The notes: generated by a model not told the origin, from the sequence alone. DNA of 64,000 bases from Diplonema japonicum (GCA_964019335.1 OZ025701.1:248001-312000); one strand, 5' to 3'. Positions 1-12,696 are shown, counted from the first letter of the stretch. Program-made: numbers and translations.

Positions 1-852
1 ACCCTGTGTTTTCATTTTCTTTCGTTCTTAGATCGGTCTCAGGGAGCAATGAATGAGGGCCGGGTGGGGGGGAATTTGGTGATTGGTACCATCAAAAAAA
101 ATAATTTAAAAAAAAGGGGACCATTATTTTAACTTGCGTTTCCATGCACGAGGCCCGGAGTAGCAACGTGAGTTAAACAATTGCACTTTTCTTTTCTTTT
201 TTTTTTTTCTTCTTTTTTTGTGGTATTGCTCTATATTATATCCCTCTTGTTTAGTAACTCAGCGCTCCATTTACCACTTGAGGCAGGGAACCAAACTTTT
301 TCACAAGCTTTCCAGGGATATAGAAAAATTTACGGTCCACGATTAAAAGAGATTACAATAACAAAGTGGTTCTTGTAGTTCCTCATGTAGTTCAATACAC
401 AAAAACATTTATTTAAAAAAAAAGGTTTTTTTTATAGGAACGATTTTCCCTTAAGTATTTTTTTTTTCTTTTTCTTTTCTTTCTGTGTTTTTTTTTTTCT
501 TTTTTTTTTTTTCATTCATTTTCTTGTTTTGTTTGTTACCGGAAAAAAAAATCTGGGGATATGAAGGTGAGAAAGAGTATTTTTTTTGTGTGTGTGTGGG
601 TGTGTGTGTATGCGCTGTTTTTCATTCTATAAAAAAAGAAGGGGGGGGGGGGGTAAATCATTTTCCTGAAACTGCTTTCGATCCGCTTTTTTCTTTCTAC
701 CACGGAACCAATAGTTCCTAGATTGAGACTTGGCTACTAGCCTTCACCCCCCCCCCCCCCCCCCCCTCCCAAATTAAAGACACACTCTTTTTTCCATTTT
801 TCCCCCTTTAAAAAAAAACACTTTTTTTCCCCCCCAAAAAAAAAATCTTTTT

Positions 853-2052
853 TCAATTCGCTCTACTTTTCACCAACTCCCAGATCTGAGCACGTGCTGT
901 ATCAACAGATAGCTTCGAGGGTGTTTCGTTGGTGAACTTTGGGACCTCTGGTATAGGTTCATCGGGGAGCCCGTGGAAATATTCATGACCGAGCGATTCA
1001 GGAATACTGCAACGCTCCTCAGGGAGGTAGGCAAGCATCGCAGAGAGCAAATCGCATTCGACGTCCGTAGAGCCAAACGGGTTCTCCTCCGGTTCCATCA
1101 TGAACTGCTCGTCGGTGAAGTATTCCTTAATGGTGACGGGTGGGGTGGACATCAACCTCTCCCTCATCATTGGCCCCGCGAAGTTGGCTATACTGGCCGG
1201 TGGCGGACCTAAAACCTGCGAGAGGCGTTTTAATATATCAATTGGCGATTTTTTATGAGAAACTAACGGATCACCCGTAATGAGCTCCCACATGATACAG
1301 CCAACACCCCAGATTTCAGGCGCGTGGACCTGTTCCAAGTGAGCTTGGGTTCCTTGTGAAATTACGTTGTACTCCTCACCTTGTTGGTTTGCCAAGTCTA
1401 AAACCTGTACAATCCCTTCAGGCGGCATGTAAGCCATAGAAGTTACGAGGGTTATGGCGGTGGGGTTGTTCGTCGTGAAGTCGGGTACACGGCCGGAACC
1501 GAAATCGCAGATGACTAGCTGTATTTTCCCGGTTTCTGGGTGGATTTTGATGAGTAGATTTTCCGGTTTTATATCACGGTGGACGAATCCCGCCAAGTGA
1601 ATGCTGTGTAGTCCTCTGAGGAGCTGGCGGATTAATGATTTCCGCTTAATTATATCGAGAGACGCTAGCTCGTCATCGTCGTTCAGAAAACCGCGCAAGG
1701 ATGTGTCGTAGCGATCCATAACTAGATACACGTCATTGAAGGTGGACTCTGTGAAGCCTGATGGGATGAAGAAATCCCGTAGTGTCACAACATTTGGGTG
1801 GTTCACGATGCAGAAGTGGTTCAGCAGCTGCAGCTCCCTCACCGCTGCCATGTGCCTCCCTTCGCTGAACACCTCGTTGCATCTCTTTATCGCAACTTCC
1901 TTCCCGGTTTCCACGTCGACCGCACTGCACACGGACCCAAAACTCCCCTTCCCCAACACCTTATTAGCACATTTATATCTCTCCGGCACAATAAAGGTCA
2001 CCTCTTCTGAATACGTGCCATCCTCTTTTATCGTATACTCTACTTCTCTCAT
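853..2052 (-). CDS. Divergent MAPK-like (CMGC) protein kinase
   Basis: GKGSFG, VAIK, HRDIKPEN, CDFG and REL..L..HPNVV motifs. First ATG is at 2052 (the track starts at an upstream TTG). The activation segment lacks TxY. Confidence 0.88.
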   Translation of the reverse strand: MREVEYTIKEDGTYSEEVTFIVPERYKCANKVLGKGSFGSVCSAVDVETGKEVAIKRCNEVFSEGRHMAAVRELQLLNHFCIVNHPNVVTLRDFFIPSGFTESTFNDVYLVMDRYDTSLRGFLNDDDELASLDIIKRKSLIRQLLRGLHSIHLAGFVHRDIKPENLLIKIHPETGKIQLVICDFGSGRVPDFTTNNPTAITLVTSMAYMPPEGIVQVLDLANQQGEEYNVISQGTQAHLEQVHAPEIWGVGCIMWELITGDPLVSHKKSPIDILKRLSQVLGPPPASIANFAGPMMRERLMSTPPVTIKEYFTDEQFMMEPEENPFGSTDVECDLLSAMLAYLPEERCSIPESLGHEYFHGLPDEPIPEVPKFTNETPSKLSVDTARAQIWELVKSRAN

Positions 2053-2222
2053 TTCTTTTTTCTTTGATGAAAACAATTTTTTTTTGACGGGGGAAGAAAT
2101 AAACTCTAATGGGGGGAGGGGGCTAAAAAGTTTATCGCCCCCCCATGTTCATATTCCTCCATCAGAAGATGGGGAGGGACGGGGGGAAAAAAGGGACGTC
2201 ACACAAATCCGCGAATCCCCTT

Positions 2223-3602
2223 CTACATGCATCCTTCAGGGTCTGTGCATCTGACTGTAAAACTAAAGGGAGTGTTCTTTTGCATAATCGCTACACCCTG
2301 ACACACCAGCACCTCGGGGACTGGTCGTAAGGTGACCACATCGTCCCTCAAGGTAGAATATGTAGGGCAGGGCTGCAGGTGGCACCTAAGTAGCGTTGGT
2401 GTGATGGTCCAAGCTTGCTTGGGCATGATGAGGTGCTTCAGAGAACCGAAAGAAGACGTGGTGGTGAGGGAGTCCAAAAGAGCTTCCACAGCATGGGGGG
2501 AAAAGGAACCCTCAGAAAGGGACACAGCGAGGGATTGTCCACCTGCCACGATGTCGGTGTCGGTGAGGAGCTCGAAGACAGTCCCGCTGAAGCGGATCTC
2601 TCCGATTGTTCCCACTTTGCTCTTCTCCACGGGTCTGCGTGCGTTCACCACCACAGGGGGCTTGAACTTAACAACCTTCTCTTTCTCAATCGGAACCAGC
2701 ACAGTGTCCGCCAACATCTCGGGTTCCACCACTTTACGAGGGGGCGAGAATTCCGGGTCCTTTTGGGGGTCGAACAAATTGTCCCGCTTTCCATTCTCCT
2801 CTCCCCACAGAGGCTTCTCCTTCATTTTTTCAATCTCCTCCAACAACGATGTGGATTCTATTTCCCGTCGTTGGTGGTGATCATTGTTTTTTTCACGCGG
2901 CGTCTCTGGGGGGGTTGCTTCATGTTTGCGCACGTTGATCAACTTGCTTTTAAGCTGAAGGGACGTGAGATGCTGCTGCTGGTTTTCATGGTGGGGACGT
3001 ACCAGTGGGTCAACAACAGCTTGTGACCACCCACAGTACTCCCCAAGAACAGCAGAGTCAGAGTGGGTAGCATCGTCAAGCCGTTGTGCTAAGGATTGCT
3101 GTTTGAGAGCAGAGGGGAGTGCGCAAGGGCGTGTTGATATGTTAGACAGTTGCGCGGATAAAGGATCACTCGCGAACATTGAAGCTAGATCGATGCCTTG
3201 TGTGGGGGCCTCGACCTGCGAGGCGACCTGCATGGGTTTATACTCACGGAATTTTGTTCCATCGTGATAAACATGTCTCGCAGGGGCAGGGGCAAGGGTA
3301 GGGGAAGGCGCAGAGGGTTGTTTTCTATGAGTGTAGTTCGGATTGTACCGTCTTTCCCACTCGTTGTCCTCTCTCCGTTTTTGCTCGCTTTCGTCCTTTT
3401 TTCTTTTGTGGGCGGCTTCGATTTGTCTCTCCAACCCTTCCCTCTGCTCGAGCTGTCGTTGCTTTTTCAGTTTCATCGCAGCTACTTTCCCCTCCCAGTC
3501 GTGCATCACAGCCAGGCCACCGCAGCCCACAGGGTAGCTGCTTTTATGGGGATCCCGCACCCCTACTGAAAATGACGGTCTTCTACCCACGCTGTTAAAC
3601 AT
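2223..3602 (-). CDS. Hypothetical protein with N-terminal coiled coil, 459 aa
   Basis: Long homopolymer-free ORF; ATG preceded by AAAAAAGAAA like other genes here. Confidence 0.8.
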   Translation of the reverse strand: MFNSVGRRPSFSVGVRDPHKSSYPVGCGGLAVMHDWEGKVAAMKLKKQRQLEQREGLERQIEAAHKRKKDESEQKRREDNEWERRYNPNYTHRKQPSAPSPTLAPAPARHVYHDGTKFREYKPMQVASQVEAPTQGIDLASMFASDPLSAQLSNISTRPCALPSALKQQSLAQRLDDATHSDSAVLGEYCGWSQAVVDPLVRPHHENQQQHLTSLQLKSKLINVRKHEATPPETPREKNNDHHQRREIESTSLLEEIEKMKEKPLWGEENGKRDNLFDPQKDPEFSPPRKVVEPEMLADTVLVPIEKEKVVKFKPPVVVNARRPVEKSKVGTIGEIRFSGTVFELLTDTDIVAGGQSLAVSLSEGSFSPHAVEALLDSLTTTSSFGSLKHLIMPKQAWTITPTLLRCHLQPCPTYSTLRDDVVTLRPVPEVLVCQGVAIMQKNTPFSFTVRCTDPEGCM

Positions 3603-3826
3603 TTTCTTTTTTGTTGTGTGTTCACATTCTCTACTCCCGTTTGATAATGTGAACGCCCGAGTAAGAAATAAAGGGGGGGGAGGGGTACTTTAACCGCAGG
3701 GGAGAAAAAAAAAAAAAGAGTGTCGGGATGTTGATTTTGTCATTTTTTGTGTTTGATTCGACGAACCGAAGGCTGTTTTCTTCTCTTTTTTCTTTTTTTT
3801 TTTTTTTTAATTTCTTCTTCTCCTCT

Positions 3827-3935
3827 CTACATCCCGGGAACATTGTACTCCTCACCATCGGGGTCTCTCATTGACGACACCCCGTCTCCTGCCAGTTCTT
3901 CTGTGTAGTATCGCTCGAGGTTTCCGTCCATCTGT

Positions 3936-3969
<34 letters not shown>

Positions 3970-6288
3970 CGTGTTCAAGAAAAAAAAAGTACATACAGAG
4001 CTTTCAAGATACGTGCTTAGGGGGATGGACTCCTGCACGAGTTTGACAGACGCAGCAAGACCATCTACCCGGGGAGAGCTGCTGGCGAGACTTTGGATAA
4101 ACGATAAGACCTTTTTTTTTTTTTTTTTCTTTTTTTTTTTCTTTTTTTTCTTTCTTTTTTTTTTTTTTTCCCATACCGTTTCAGGTTTGCCTTTCGGCGG
4201 TGCTTCAATCTCGTTCAGCTTCGCGGTGATGAAGGGCAGCTGGTCGGATGCAATGCCTATGAGGTAATCCTCGTCAGACGAGTTCTGCCCGGGTACAGTT
4301 TTCACGATCATTTCAGTCTCTCGCTGCTTGCGGCGAACGGCCGCCTGCACACGCGTCTGCTTCTCCCTCACCGCAGCAAAGGTTTCATCCGACGGCCGCG
4401 CACCGTCCTCCGCCAATGTCTTCAACACCTCTGCACACGGCCTCCGCCATATCTGCGATGTATGGAACTGCGTAATGACATTATTACACAGTATAACGTG
4501 TTCTGAATACTCCTTTCCTGACAATTCGTAAATATCGCGCATTGACTTGGCATGAGGGTACATGCTGCGATGAGATGCCCCGCCTTTAAGTAGCTTCCCA
4601 TATCTTACCTTCGCTCGTTCTACCATGCCCAACACGGAGTAGCAAGCCAGGAGCTGTTCAATGAAGCTGGCCGCCATGGACGGGCCCCTATTGTACGCCC
4701 TTGCGAAGACGTCCTCGATGAGATCTAGGTATTGCATCCCTGTTTGTTCCCATGGGTTGTTCTCCGCGGCCCGCCACTGCTCGATCGTAACATGGTTGTG
4801 GTCCTTAATCCACAGTAAGATCGCTGTCGCGAGCAGTTTATCGATCGAAACGTGCAGGACAGCCTGGTACCGCCTGGTGTCGACCGACTTCGCAGCTTTC
4901 TTCGGTGTTCGAACCTGACACATAATACGCCATATAGGTATAACACCCCATCCCTTTAACGCAATGCATTGCCGTAAGAAGCATTGTATGATGTAAGGGT
5001 TGGTCGATCCGATCAAAGCGGGGTCTCGCAGGCGGTACAGCTCCGCCATGAGACCGGTTGTGCGGTGCTTGTAAGAAAGAAGACGGGCGGCGATGTAGCA
5101 CTCCCGGATGTTGGCGAGCTGTGGTTCCGTTCGTTTCGCCGCAGGACCCCTTCCCGGACGCGATTCCCAACACCTCTGCGCGTTTTCGTGATCACCAACA
5201 TACCCGAAAACGGCAGTAATACTGGTGTTCATATGCAATGTTCGGGAGATACCTAATGTTTCAGCTTCCATAAAAGCTGTCCGTCCAGTGTGGACTTCAC
5301 CAGACAGTGCAGATGTCGTTACGAGGAGGTTGTAAGAGAGTGTGTCGGGGCGGCATCCGGCAAGCTGCATTCGCTTAAAACACTCTTTGACACCCTCGAA
5401 ATCGCTGATCTCCTTATAAACGTTCATCAGAACGTTGTACGTCCCCGTTGTGAACGGAACCCCCCACTCCCGCTCCGCCCGCCGGGCAATCTGCTCAGCA
5501 TGGTTCACATCACCAGATAAAACACATGCATCGAGAACAGCACCGACAGTTCTGTTGTCCGGGAGAAGGTCGTGCTTCCGCATATCATTGAGAACGAGCA
5601 TGCTCTCCTCATATGACGTGCAAGCAGCAAGCAGGATGGTCCATGTCATTGAATTTGGTTTCATGATATCGGACATAAGGTGCATTAGTTCGAATACTTC
5701 CAATTTGTTGCCGGATTTTTGTTGTGCTCTCAAAAGGATGTTGAAAGAGTGCGGGGTGGGGAGGATGTCGTTGCGAACCATCTGCGTCCAAAGCTGACAC
5801 GTCATCGTCCACTTCCCCTCGTTCGCGTAGGCGCCTAACAAAAAATTATACATTCTACTGTTCGGCCGGATCCCGTCCTCCAAGGCCATGTCGAAGACCG
5901 CATGGGCTCGATGCCCCATCCCGAGACATGTGAAGAATAGTATCGAAGCAGTGTACACCTCTTCCCCTGCTAGTCCTGATCGTCTGAATCTTGCTAGAAG
6001 TTTGTACAATTGATTTCGAAGGTCTACTGTTCCTGTGTATGTCATCCATCTGCTCGTGCGGCCAAGGAATCTGCATTTTATGTAGAATGCGGCATCGGCG
6101 TCGCTTTTTATGGTGTCGGTTGCCATGACACCTCTGTCCTTGTTTCTGGATGGTGGGCGGTGGTTGGAGTTTTGAGGTGCCGGGGCTTGTTTCAAGGATG
6201 TGATGATGCCTTGGACGTCGACCTCCTCCCTGGAGCGTAGGCTCCACCTTCTTAGGCCCCCGGTGGCCAGCTTGCCTGAGCGAAGCAT
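3827..6288 (-). CDS. Pentatricopeptide-repeat (PPR) protein, probably mitochondrial; 2 introns
   Basis: Tandem ~35-aa repeats (GIRPNSRMYNFLLGAYA, PTPHSFNILL, PDTLSYNLLV) and an Arg-rich N-terminus MLRSGK. Introns 4111-4176 and 3932-3996 (GTATG..AG) give a clean frame to TAG at 3827. Confidence 0.88.
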
Positions 6289-6966
6289 AATACCCCCTCT
6301 CCCCTCCCCCTTTCCTCTCCCTTTTTTTTTTTTTTTTTTTGTGTGTGTATTGTGAAAACTAAACAAAAAAAAAAAGAATGAAAAGGAAAGAAACAATTTT
6401 TTTTTTGTTTCCCCTATTTTTTTTCTCTTTTTTTTCTCCTCGTTCCTTTCCCCTCCCCCTTTTTTTTTTAATTTGTTTTTTAGAGTACCTCCTTTTCAAG
6501 GAGAGAGATTTGGGGCGAGAAAGAGAAAAGAAAAAAAAAAAGAAAAAAAAAAACCAGAAAAACAGAGGATGAGAAAGGAGGGGAAAAAAAAAAAAAAAAA
6601 AAAAAAAAAAGATATCTTTGGCGCGTTGCTTTGTAGCGCACTTCTTTCGGATTTTTTTTTTAATTTTTTCTTTTTTTACAGCTAAATGCTGTGTGTGGGT
6701 AATGAAGAGAAAGAGGGGGGGGGGAAAAGGGTGGCCTGTATTAACAGCAAAGAGAAAAAAAAAAAAAAAAAGTTCGCTGTCTACTGAAATAGTTTTGTGA
6801 ACGTACAAATACAACGTAATTTTAGCTTTTTTTTTTCTCTTTTTTTTTTTTCGTTTACTGCCAACAAGGTCGATAACTGCGCGACTGAACCCAGGCATAT
6901 TACTTACCAGAAGCCACTCCGTAAATTTCAGAAGAGTGCGTAAGAGAAAGAAAAGAAAAAAAAAAA

Positions 6967-7239
6967 CTCATAGTAAAAGACAATCCCACTGGAGGACAGC
7001 CTCTTGTGGTGTGAGTTCCTATCTATTAATGCTCCCCTTCTGGAGCATAGCCCTCGTTCCTATTGTCGCCTTTAATGCTTTTCGTAGTTCCGACACGCGG
7101 TCTTTCTTGTATGTTTCCTTTCAACTCCTGTAGCTTTTGCGCTGTTTGTCTTGATGCGAAGATCGGTCTCCTGTTGAAGCCTATTGCAGCCTTACCGATC
7201 GCTGTGAGCGACTTGACCCTCTTGGCCCCGTCCGCAGGG
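6967..7239 (-). mobile_element. 5'-truncated retroposon-like remnant, family R, copy A
   Basis: Frameshifted ORF tail ...RKALKATIGTRAMLQKGSINR* plus a ~60-nt 3' UTR, homologous to 28413-28665 and 49410-49500; A-tracts on both sides. Confidence 0.6.
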
Positions 7240-7320
7240 AAAAAAAAAAAAAAAAAAAAAAAAGCAAAAAACACACAGCACCCGTTCCATATCGACGATA
7301 CTAGGCCGCTCCCACTAGGT

Positions 7321-7515
7321 CTATGCTGGCAGGAAACGTGGAAACGTTTCCGTTTCCGTTCCCGTTTCCGTTTCCATACTTTTCAAAATTCTTATGGAAA
7401 CGCGTTTCCTTCTTAAGGAAACATAAGGAAACGCTTCTGTTTCCGTTTCCGTTTCCGTATCCGTTTCCCTTTTTTTTCAAAAAATTCATGGAAACGCGTT
7501 TCCATGCCAGCATAG
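7321..7515. mobile_element. Non-autonomous hAT-like MITE (195 bp)
   Basis: TIR CTATGCTGGCA / TGCCAGCATAG; exact 8-bp TSD CACTAGGT at 7313-7320 and 7516-7523; internal tandem CCGTTT/GAAACG hexamers. Confidence 0.9.
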
Positions 7516-7627
7516 CACTAGGTGGGGTCGCTCATATTATCCTTTATTTTAAAAAAAAAAAATTCACCGAAGACGTCGGATTACTTGAGAACGAAGCAAA
7601 AAAAAAAAAAAAAAGAAAAAAAAAACA

Positions 7628-7660
<33 letters not shown>

Positions 7661-7663
7661 CCA

Positions 7664-8633
7664 TCAGTGCTTAGGGGATTGCGATCCCTGGAAAGATGTA
7701 GCTACTGATGCGCCCATTGTGGAGTCCAAATCGTCATCATCATCCTCGTCGCTCGCACCTCGTTGTGCGCTGTTCTTCTCGTCTAGGAACTCGGACAGCT
7801 CGGCGGCCACGGCAGGATCCCCGCCTTTCGCCTTGCTGATGAGCACCAAAAGGAACGTGTTCAATTGCCTCATACGCTCTTTCAACTTCTTGTCATTCGC
7901 CTTCCCGATCTGCTTCCCGGGGAAGGGAACACCCTTCGCCGACGAACCGAGCCTCTTCTTCAAGGAAGCGAACATTCTATAACGCTTCTGCACCCTCCAT
8001 TTCCCTCCATTCCCGATGGCTTCGATGGTGAAATACACCGCTTTGCCAGCATCCTCGTAATCTGTGATGGCGGCTTTTTCAATTGCAAAATCGGAGCTTG
8101 CCAGTGTACCCACCTTGACTTCTGACAGTTTTTTCGACATTTCCGTGATCTGTGATTGAAGGGAAAACGCGCGTTCCCGTGAAAGCAGTTCCTTTCGTTC
8201 CTCTTGGTTGCGCTCTTCACGATCTTTGTACTCGTCGAACTTACGCTGAGCGTCTTCAAGGTCCGCCGCAAGCTGTTCCTTGCTGCTACGGAGTGTCTCC
8301 AGCTCGTCCTCGATCACGTACACAGCGTCCTCTGAAGGGAGGTCTCCTTCGCCCTTTATGCTGTTTGCGAGCTTTACAATGTCGGATATCACGATTTCTG
8401 TTTTGATGAGCTTTGCTTGTGTGTTGTTGAGCTCTTGCGCGACCTCTGTGGTGCTGTCGGCCTTGGTGCGGAGCTGTTCTACTTCGTTGGCAACGAGTTC
8501 AATAGCTGAGAGCGCGCTGGTGCAGAATGAGTCGCTGTGGCATATGCTGCGTGAGAGGCCCAGGATGGCATCTTCAACACTGCTGGTGTGGGTGTCTTGT
8601 TCTGTTGAGGCACGGTTCAGTTTTGACATCTTT

Positions 8634-8668
<35 letters not shown>

Positions 8669-9235
8669 TTTGTGGTATACCTCTCGTTTGACGAGGACTG
8701 CAAGGTCCGACGGTTTCAAAGCGCTTTCCCCCACGGCCTCACCCACCGCTGTCTGCAGGGTGCGCAGCTCCGACAGTTCTGAATTCTCGTGTTGCATTGC
8801 ACCCTCTGCTTTGTGTTTGAGCTTTCCCATGCTTTGTTGGTTTGTCCATTGCAACCACCATCTGAAACAAATTCGCTGGCATTGCAGGGAGATCAACGCC
8901 AATGCGCGTTTTCGTTCCCTCAGAGTGGGGAGGCCTATCAGGGTGGCAAAGGCGGGGATGCGTGACGAGATTTTATCGTTCGAGAGCTGCCGGAGGGACT
9001 TCTGGAAGATCTTGCGGCGGGCCTCTAAGAGGGAGCGGCTCGCGTTGCCAAACATCTTTTTCGATGGGGGCTTCCCGTACTTGGGCTTCATCTTGTATGC
9101 CTCCTTCAGTACCACTGCAAACTCTGTGTACCGCCTCAAAGTTGTCACTGTAACACCGGTGTCTCTGTGTACTAACTTGACTTCATAAAGCGCATGGTCA
9201 CCGTTCATCCTCGGATTGTTGATGGTGACTTCCAT
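7664..9235 (-). CDS. Protein with two PX domains separated by a coiled coil; 1 intron
   Basis: N-terminal RRYTEF..PPSKK..LLEARR and C-terminal WRVQKRYRMF..PFPGK..ERMRQLNTFL; 51-nt poly(A) intron at 8630-8680. Confidence 0.85.
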
Positions 9236-9305
9236 TGGGTTTTTGTGAGCACCCAGCTTGGCCTCAATTCAGCCTCCCACGGCTTGAAGACCCCCTTTGT
9301 GTGGT

Positions 9306-9341
<36 letters not shown>

Positions 9342-9932
9342 CCCCTTCCCGCTAAGAAAAAAAAAAACAGAAATGTGACCAAACGGCAGGGGGGAGGGAG
9401 AAGGAACCAAAAAAAAAAAAAAGCGGAAAAAAAGAGGAAAAAAACTCAAAAAAAAAAAGAAAAAAAAAAAGAAAAGGGTGGGGGGAAGACGTGGGAGTAA
9501 TGACCCCTCTCCACGTTTTGTTTTCCCCACTCCCCATTTTTTCTTTTTGCTTTTTTTAATTTTGTTTTGCTTTTTCTTCTTTTTTCTCTCACTTTTTTTT
9601 TAAAGAAGAAAGAATGGGACGCTGCTCTATGAAGCGAACTACGATTTTTATCTCTCTTTTTTTCTCTTTTTTTTCCCCCGGCATGTATTTCGAACCAAAA
9701 GAAAATCTTGGGGGAAAAAAAAGAAAAAAAAGGTCGTTGTTCTTTTGGTGCCCTGTGCGCACATGAGCAGGTCCACTATTTCTATTTAAATTTAAACAAT
9801 TGACCAGGGAAGGGGGGGAGATGGGAGGAGGGGACCAACAAAAAAAGGGGTGAGAAAAAAAAGAGAAGTAGTGACATTTCCTTATTTTGACTTCGTGCAA
9901 AAAGAATTCGGTGTCAATGGGAAAGGGGTACG

Positions 9933-9989
<57 letters not shown>

Positions 9990-10050
9990 CCCTTTCAGTG
10001 TTCATCTTTTTTCCTTTTTCTTTTTATGGAGTGTTCTTCGAGGTCTTTTG

Positions 10051-10083
<33 letters not shown>

Positions 10084-10291
10084 AAACGTGGAATTTTAGG
10101 GGGGGAAGGAGGGGAAAGTTTTACTACAATAGTTTTGCACAGAAAAAAAAAAAGAAAAAAAAAACACGGGATTGAACAAATGAGTTAAAGCAGCAGTAAA
10201 TGCATTTACACCAAAAGGCAAATTCCTGTGATAAGGTTTTTGACCTGGTAGCTTCAAAGAAAAAAAAAAAGAAGAAAAAAGAAAGAAAAAA

Positions 10292-10412
10292 AGAGGATAG
10301 TACGTGCGGGTTGGTTTCTTGAAACTTGGAGAGAAAGTTCAAAAGAATCCCGTAAAACTTGTTGTCAACCTTCCCCTTTTTTGTTCGAGACAAGTCAGAG
10401 ACTCGTTCATAC
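10292..10412. repeat. Dispersed ~110-bp repeat, family C, degenerate copy
   Basis: Shares GTTGTCAAC..TTCCCCTTTT..GACAAGTCA.AGACTCGTTC with 50911-51024; related to 16902-17003. Confidence 0.6.
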
Positions 10413-10724
10413 AAATGAAGAAAAAAAAAAAGAAAAACCTGAGTAACCTGTTGATCAAAGGTTATTGCTGCGAACCTACCTGAAGGCACCCTAGGCAAAG
10501 ATATCGCAAACACCAAGGTTTCTCCCTTTATTTTGTTTGAGTGGGCAGGAAAAAAAAAAAAAAAAAAGAAAAACTTACAGTTCTAGAAGGGAAACAAGAA
10601 GAAGAACAGGAAGAAGAAAAAAAATAACAAACAGCACAGTAAGGAGAGGAACTTCACCCCCCCCCCCTTACACGGAGAAGAATACGCAAAAAGAGAAACA
10701 AAGAAAAATGAAAAGTAAGTTTTT

Positions 10725-10761
<37 letters not shown>

Positions 10762-10792
10762 CTAGAATAAAAAAGAAAAAAGTCAAATATTT

Positions 10793-11671
10793 TCAGTGTA
10801 ATTTCTTGGTCCTCTCGCTCAAAGGCCCTGTTGTCGGGTCGTCGTAAGAAGGCCACACACCACAGATGTAGCTCAACCCATTTCTAGGCACCGCGAGGAA
10901 AACAGTCCTTTTCTTAATGAACCCGAACCACCTAAGAGGAGGGAAGAGCATATTCTCAAGCGTCCAGCTTGGGGTGTAGGGCATCGACTCTGCGATTCTC
11001 AAGGCAAGCCACTCGGGTAGCCCCATTCCATACAGGGACTTCTTCATCATCACTGTGCTGAATGTGAAGGACCAGAAGTGAGAGAATCCAGCAAGCTCAG
11101 CAGCCACGGCATTCGCAGAAGACACATACTCGTAAACCCCCATTCGGCGAAACTTTGGGTTCACACCAGTGAAGACACATCTGCACAGATTGAAGTTAGC
11201 CTTTGAGTCAAGCTTCTTAACGTGGTCTCGTGCACGCTTCAGAACGACTTCCTCAAACCAAAGGCATGTCTGCCAGTGGTCCTCGCAGACCTTTGGGATG
11301 ATCTTCGGTCGTTCCTCTTCCATGTACTGTGATCTCGCAGGGTATGAGATGTACATTCCTGCCACCGTTCCTTCACTGTCCACCACAACAGCGTTCCACG
11401 GTGCTAGGTGTTTTGCCCTCTCGGCGAGGTGGACGCCGTACGCCACGATGTCTTCCTTTGTAAGCTTCGCCTCTAAGAACATGGGGTTCTTTGTCTGCAT
11501 CTCGTAGTACGCCTCGCCCAGTGTCTGGCTGTCGATGTCGGCCACTGTTTTCAACTTCAGCTCCTTCAGCCTGGGGTAGTACTCATGGTGCATTTCAGTC
11601 ATCTCTTCCATTGAGCTGGGGAACCCCGGCCTGCTGGGCAGCGTGACTACAACATCGGATGATTTGTCCAT
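10793..11671 (-). CDS. GNAT-like acyltransferase family paralog 1
   Basis: 292-aa intronless ORF; FTGVNPKFRRMGV resembles GNAT acyl-CoA-binding motif A; paralog of the three ORFs that follow. Confidence 0.75.
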   Translation of the reverse strand: MDKSSDVVVTLPSRPGFPSSMEEMTEMHHEYYPRLKELKLKTVADIDSQTLGEAYYEMQTKNPMFLEAKLTKEDIVAYGVHLAERAKHLAPWNAVVVDSEGTVAGMYISYPARSQYMEEERPKIIPKVCEDHWQTCLWFEEVVLKRARDHVKKLDSKANFNLCRCVFTGVNPKFRRMGVYEYVSSANAVAAELAGFSHFWSFTFSTVMMKKSLYGMGLPEWLALRIAESMPYTPSWTLENMLFPPLRWFGFIKKRTVFLAVPRNGLSYICGVWPSYDDPTTGPLSERTKKLH

Positions 11672-12391
11672 TGATAACGATTTCTTTTGTTTTGTTTTTT
11701 GATGAAGCCTTTTTTTTTTTTTTTTTTTTTTTTCTCCCGGAAAACGGAGTTTTGGGTAAGAACAAAAAACAAAAAGAAAAAAAGAGTGGGTGGGGTGGGG
11801 GATAGATTTGGCGTCTTTCTTTTTTTTTTCTTCTTTTTTTAAAAATGGCTTTTTTTTTTTTTTTTTTTAGAGTTTTGTTTTTGAAAAAGCAGATGGAGGG
11901 GGGAGCTCGTGGTGCAAAACAGCGGGGAAGAAAAAGAAAAAAAAGAAAAGATGAAAGACCAACCACTAAGCCTATTCTCCATTTTAGATGCCTTCACTTA
12001 CACAAACAAGCCAAGGGAAAAAAAAAAAAAAAAAAAAAAAAAAATAGAAATGAACGGATGTATAATTTAAAGCAACAAAGAGCAGGGAGGGGACAAGGAA
12101 AAGAAAAAAAAAAATGTGGGGAAAAAAAAAGAAAAAAAAATAGTTTTTTTTTTTTGGCATTTTCTTTTTTTATTTATTTGTACGCACGAGTGTCGTTTTA
12201 CCTAATAAAATTCCACTCATTTGCGCCTGTTGCCAAGCAACTGGTTTTTTTTTTCTCTCTTTTTTTTTTCTTTTTTTTTTTTTTACATCCCGACATATAG
12301 AAACCTGTTAAGATAAAAAGAGAAGATCGGTGCTACAATCATTCTACTTTTCTCGTATAAAACAAAAACAAAAACAAAAAAAAAAAAAAAA

Positions 12392-12696
12392 CTCGATGAT
12401 TTAAAGGAAGCCGGTGGGGGCACCCTGCACTTGATTACAGGGGGCGCACCTCGGCCTAGCTGTAGCTTCTTCTGCGTTCCGCGTCGTATCCTTAATGCGT
12501 GCGGTGTGCAGCTCAACCCCAGCCGGGGCGCCCCGGGTAACCAAGATTCTGAGCCCGTGTAGTTTGCTGCCTGTTCGCCACCCAGAGTATCTGCTTCTTC
12601 CACTTGGGCGCTACCGGTGATGACCGACGGGGAGGTCAACAGCGAACAACACATCTGATGTACTTCTTTATATTTCCATGTTATCCCCACCACCGG
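12392..12696 (-). repeat. Dispersed ~300-bp repeat, family S (SINE/retroposon-like)
   Basis: Homologous to 36491-36690 and 43244-43356; starts An-CTCGATG on the plus strand; A-tracts on both sides. Confidence 0.7.

Noticed and set aside
7340-7470. Tandem CCGTTT as a CRISPR or telomeric array
   Set aside because: No spacers; it lies inside a TIR/TSD-bounded MITE.
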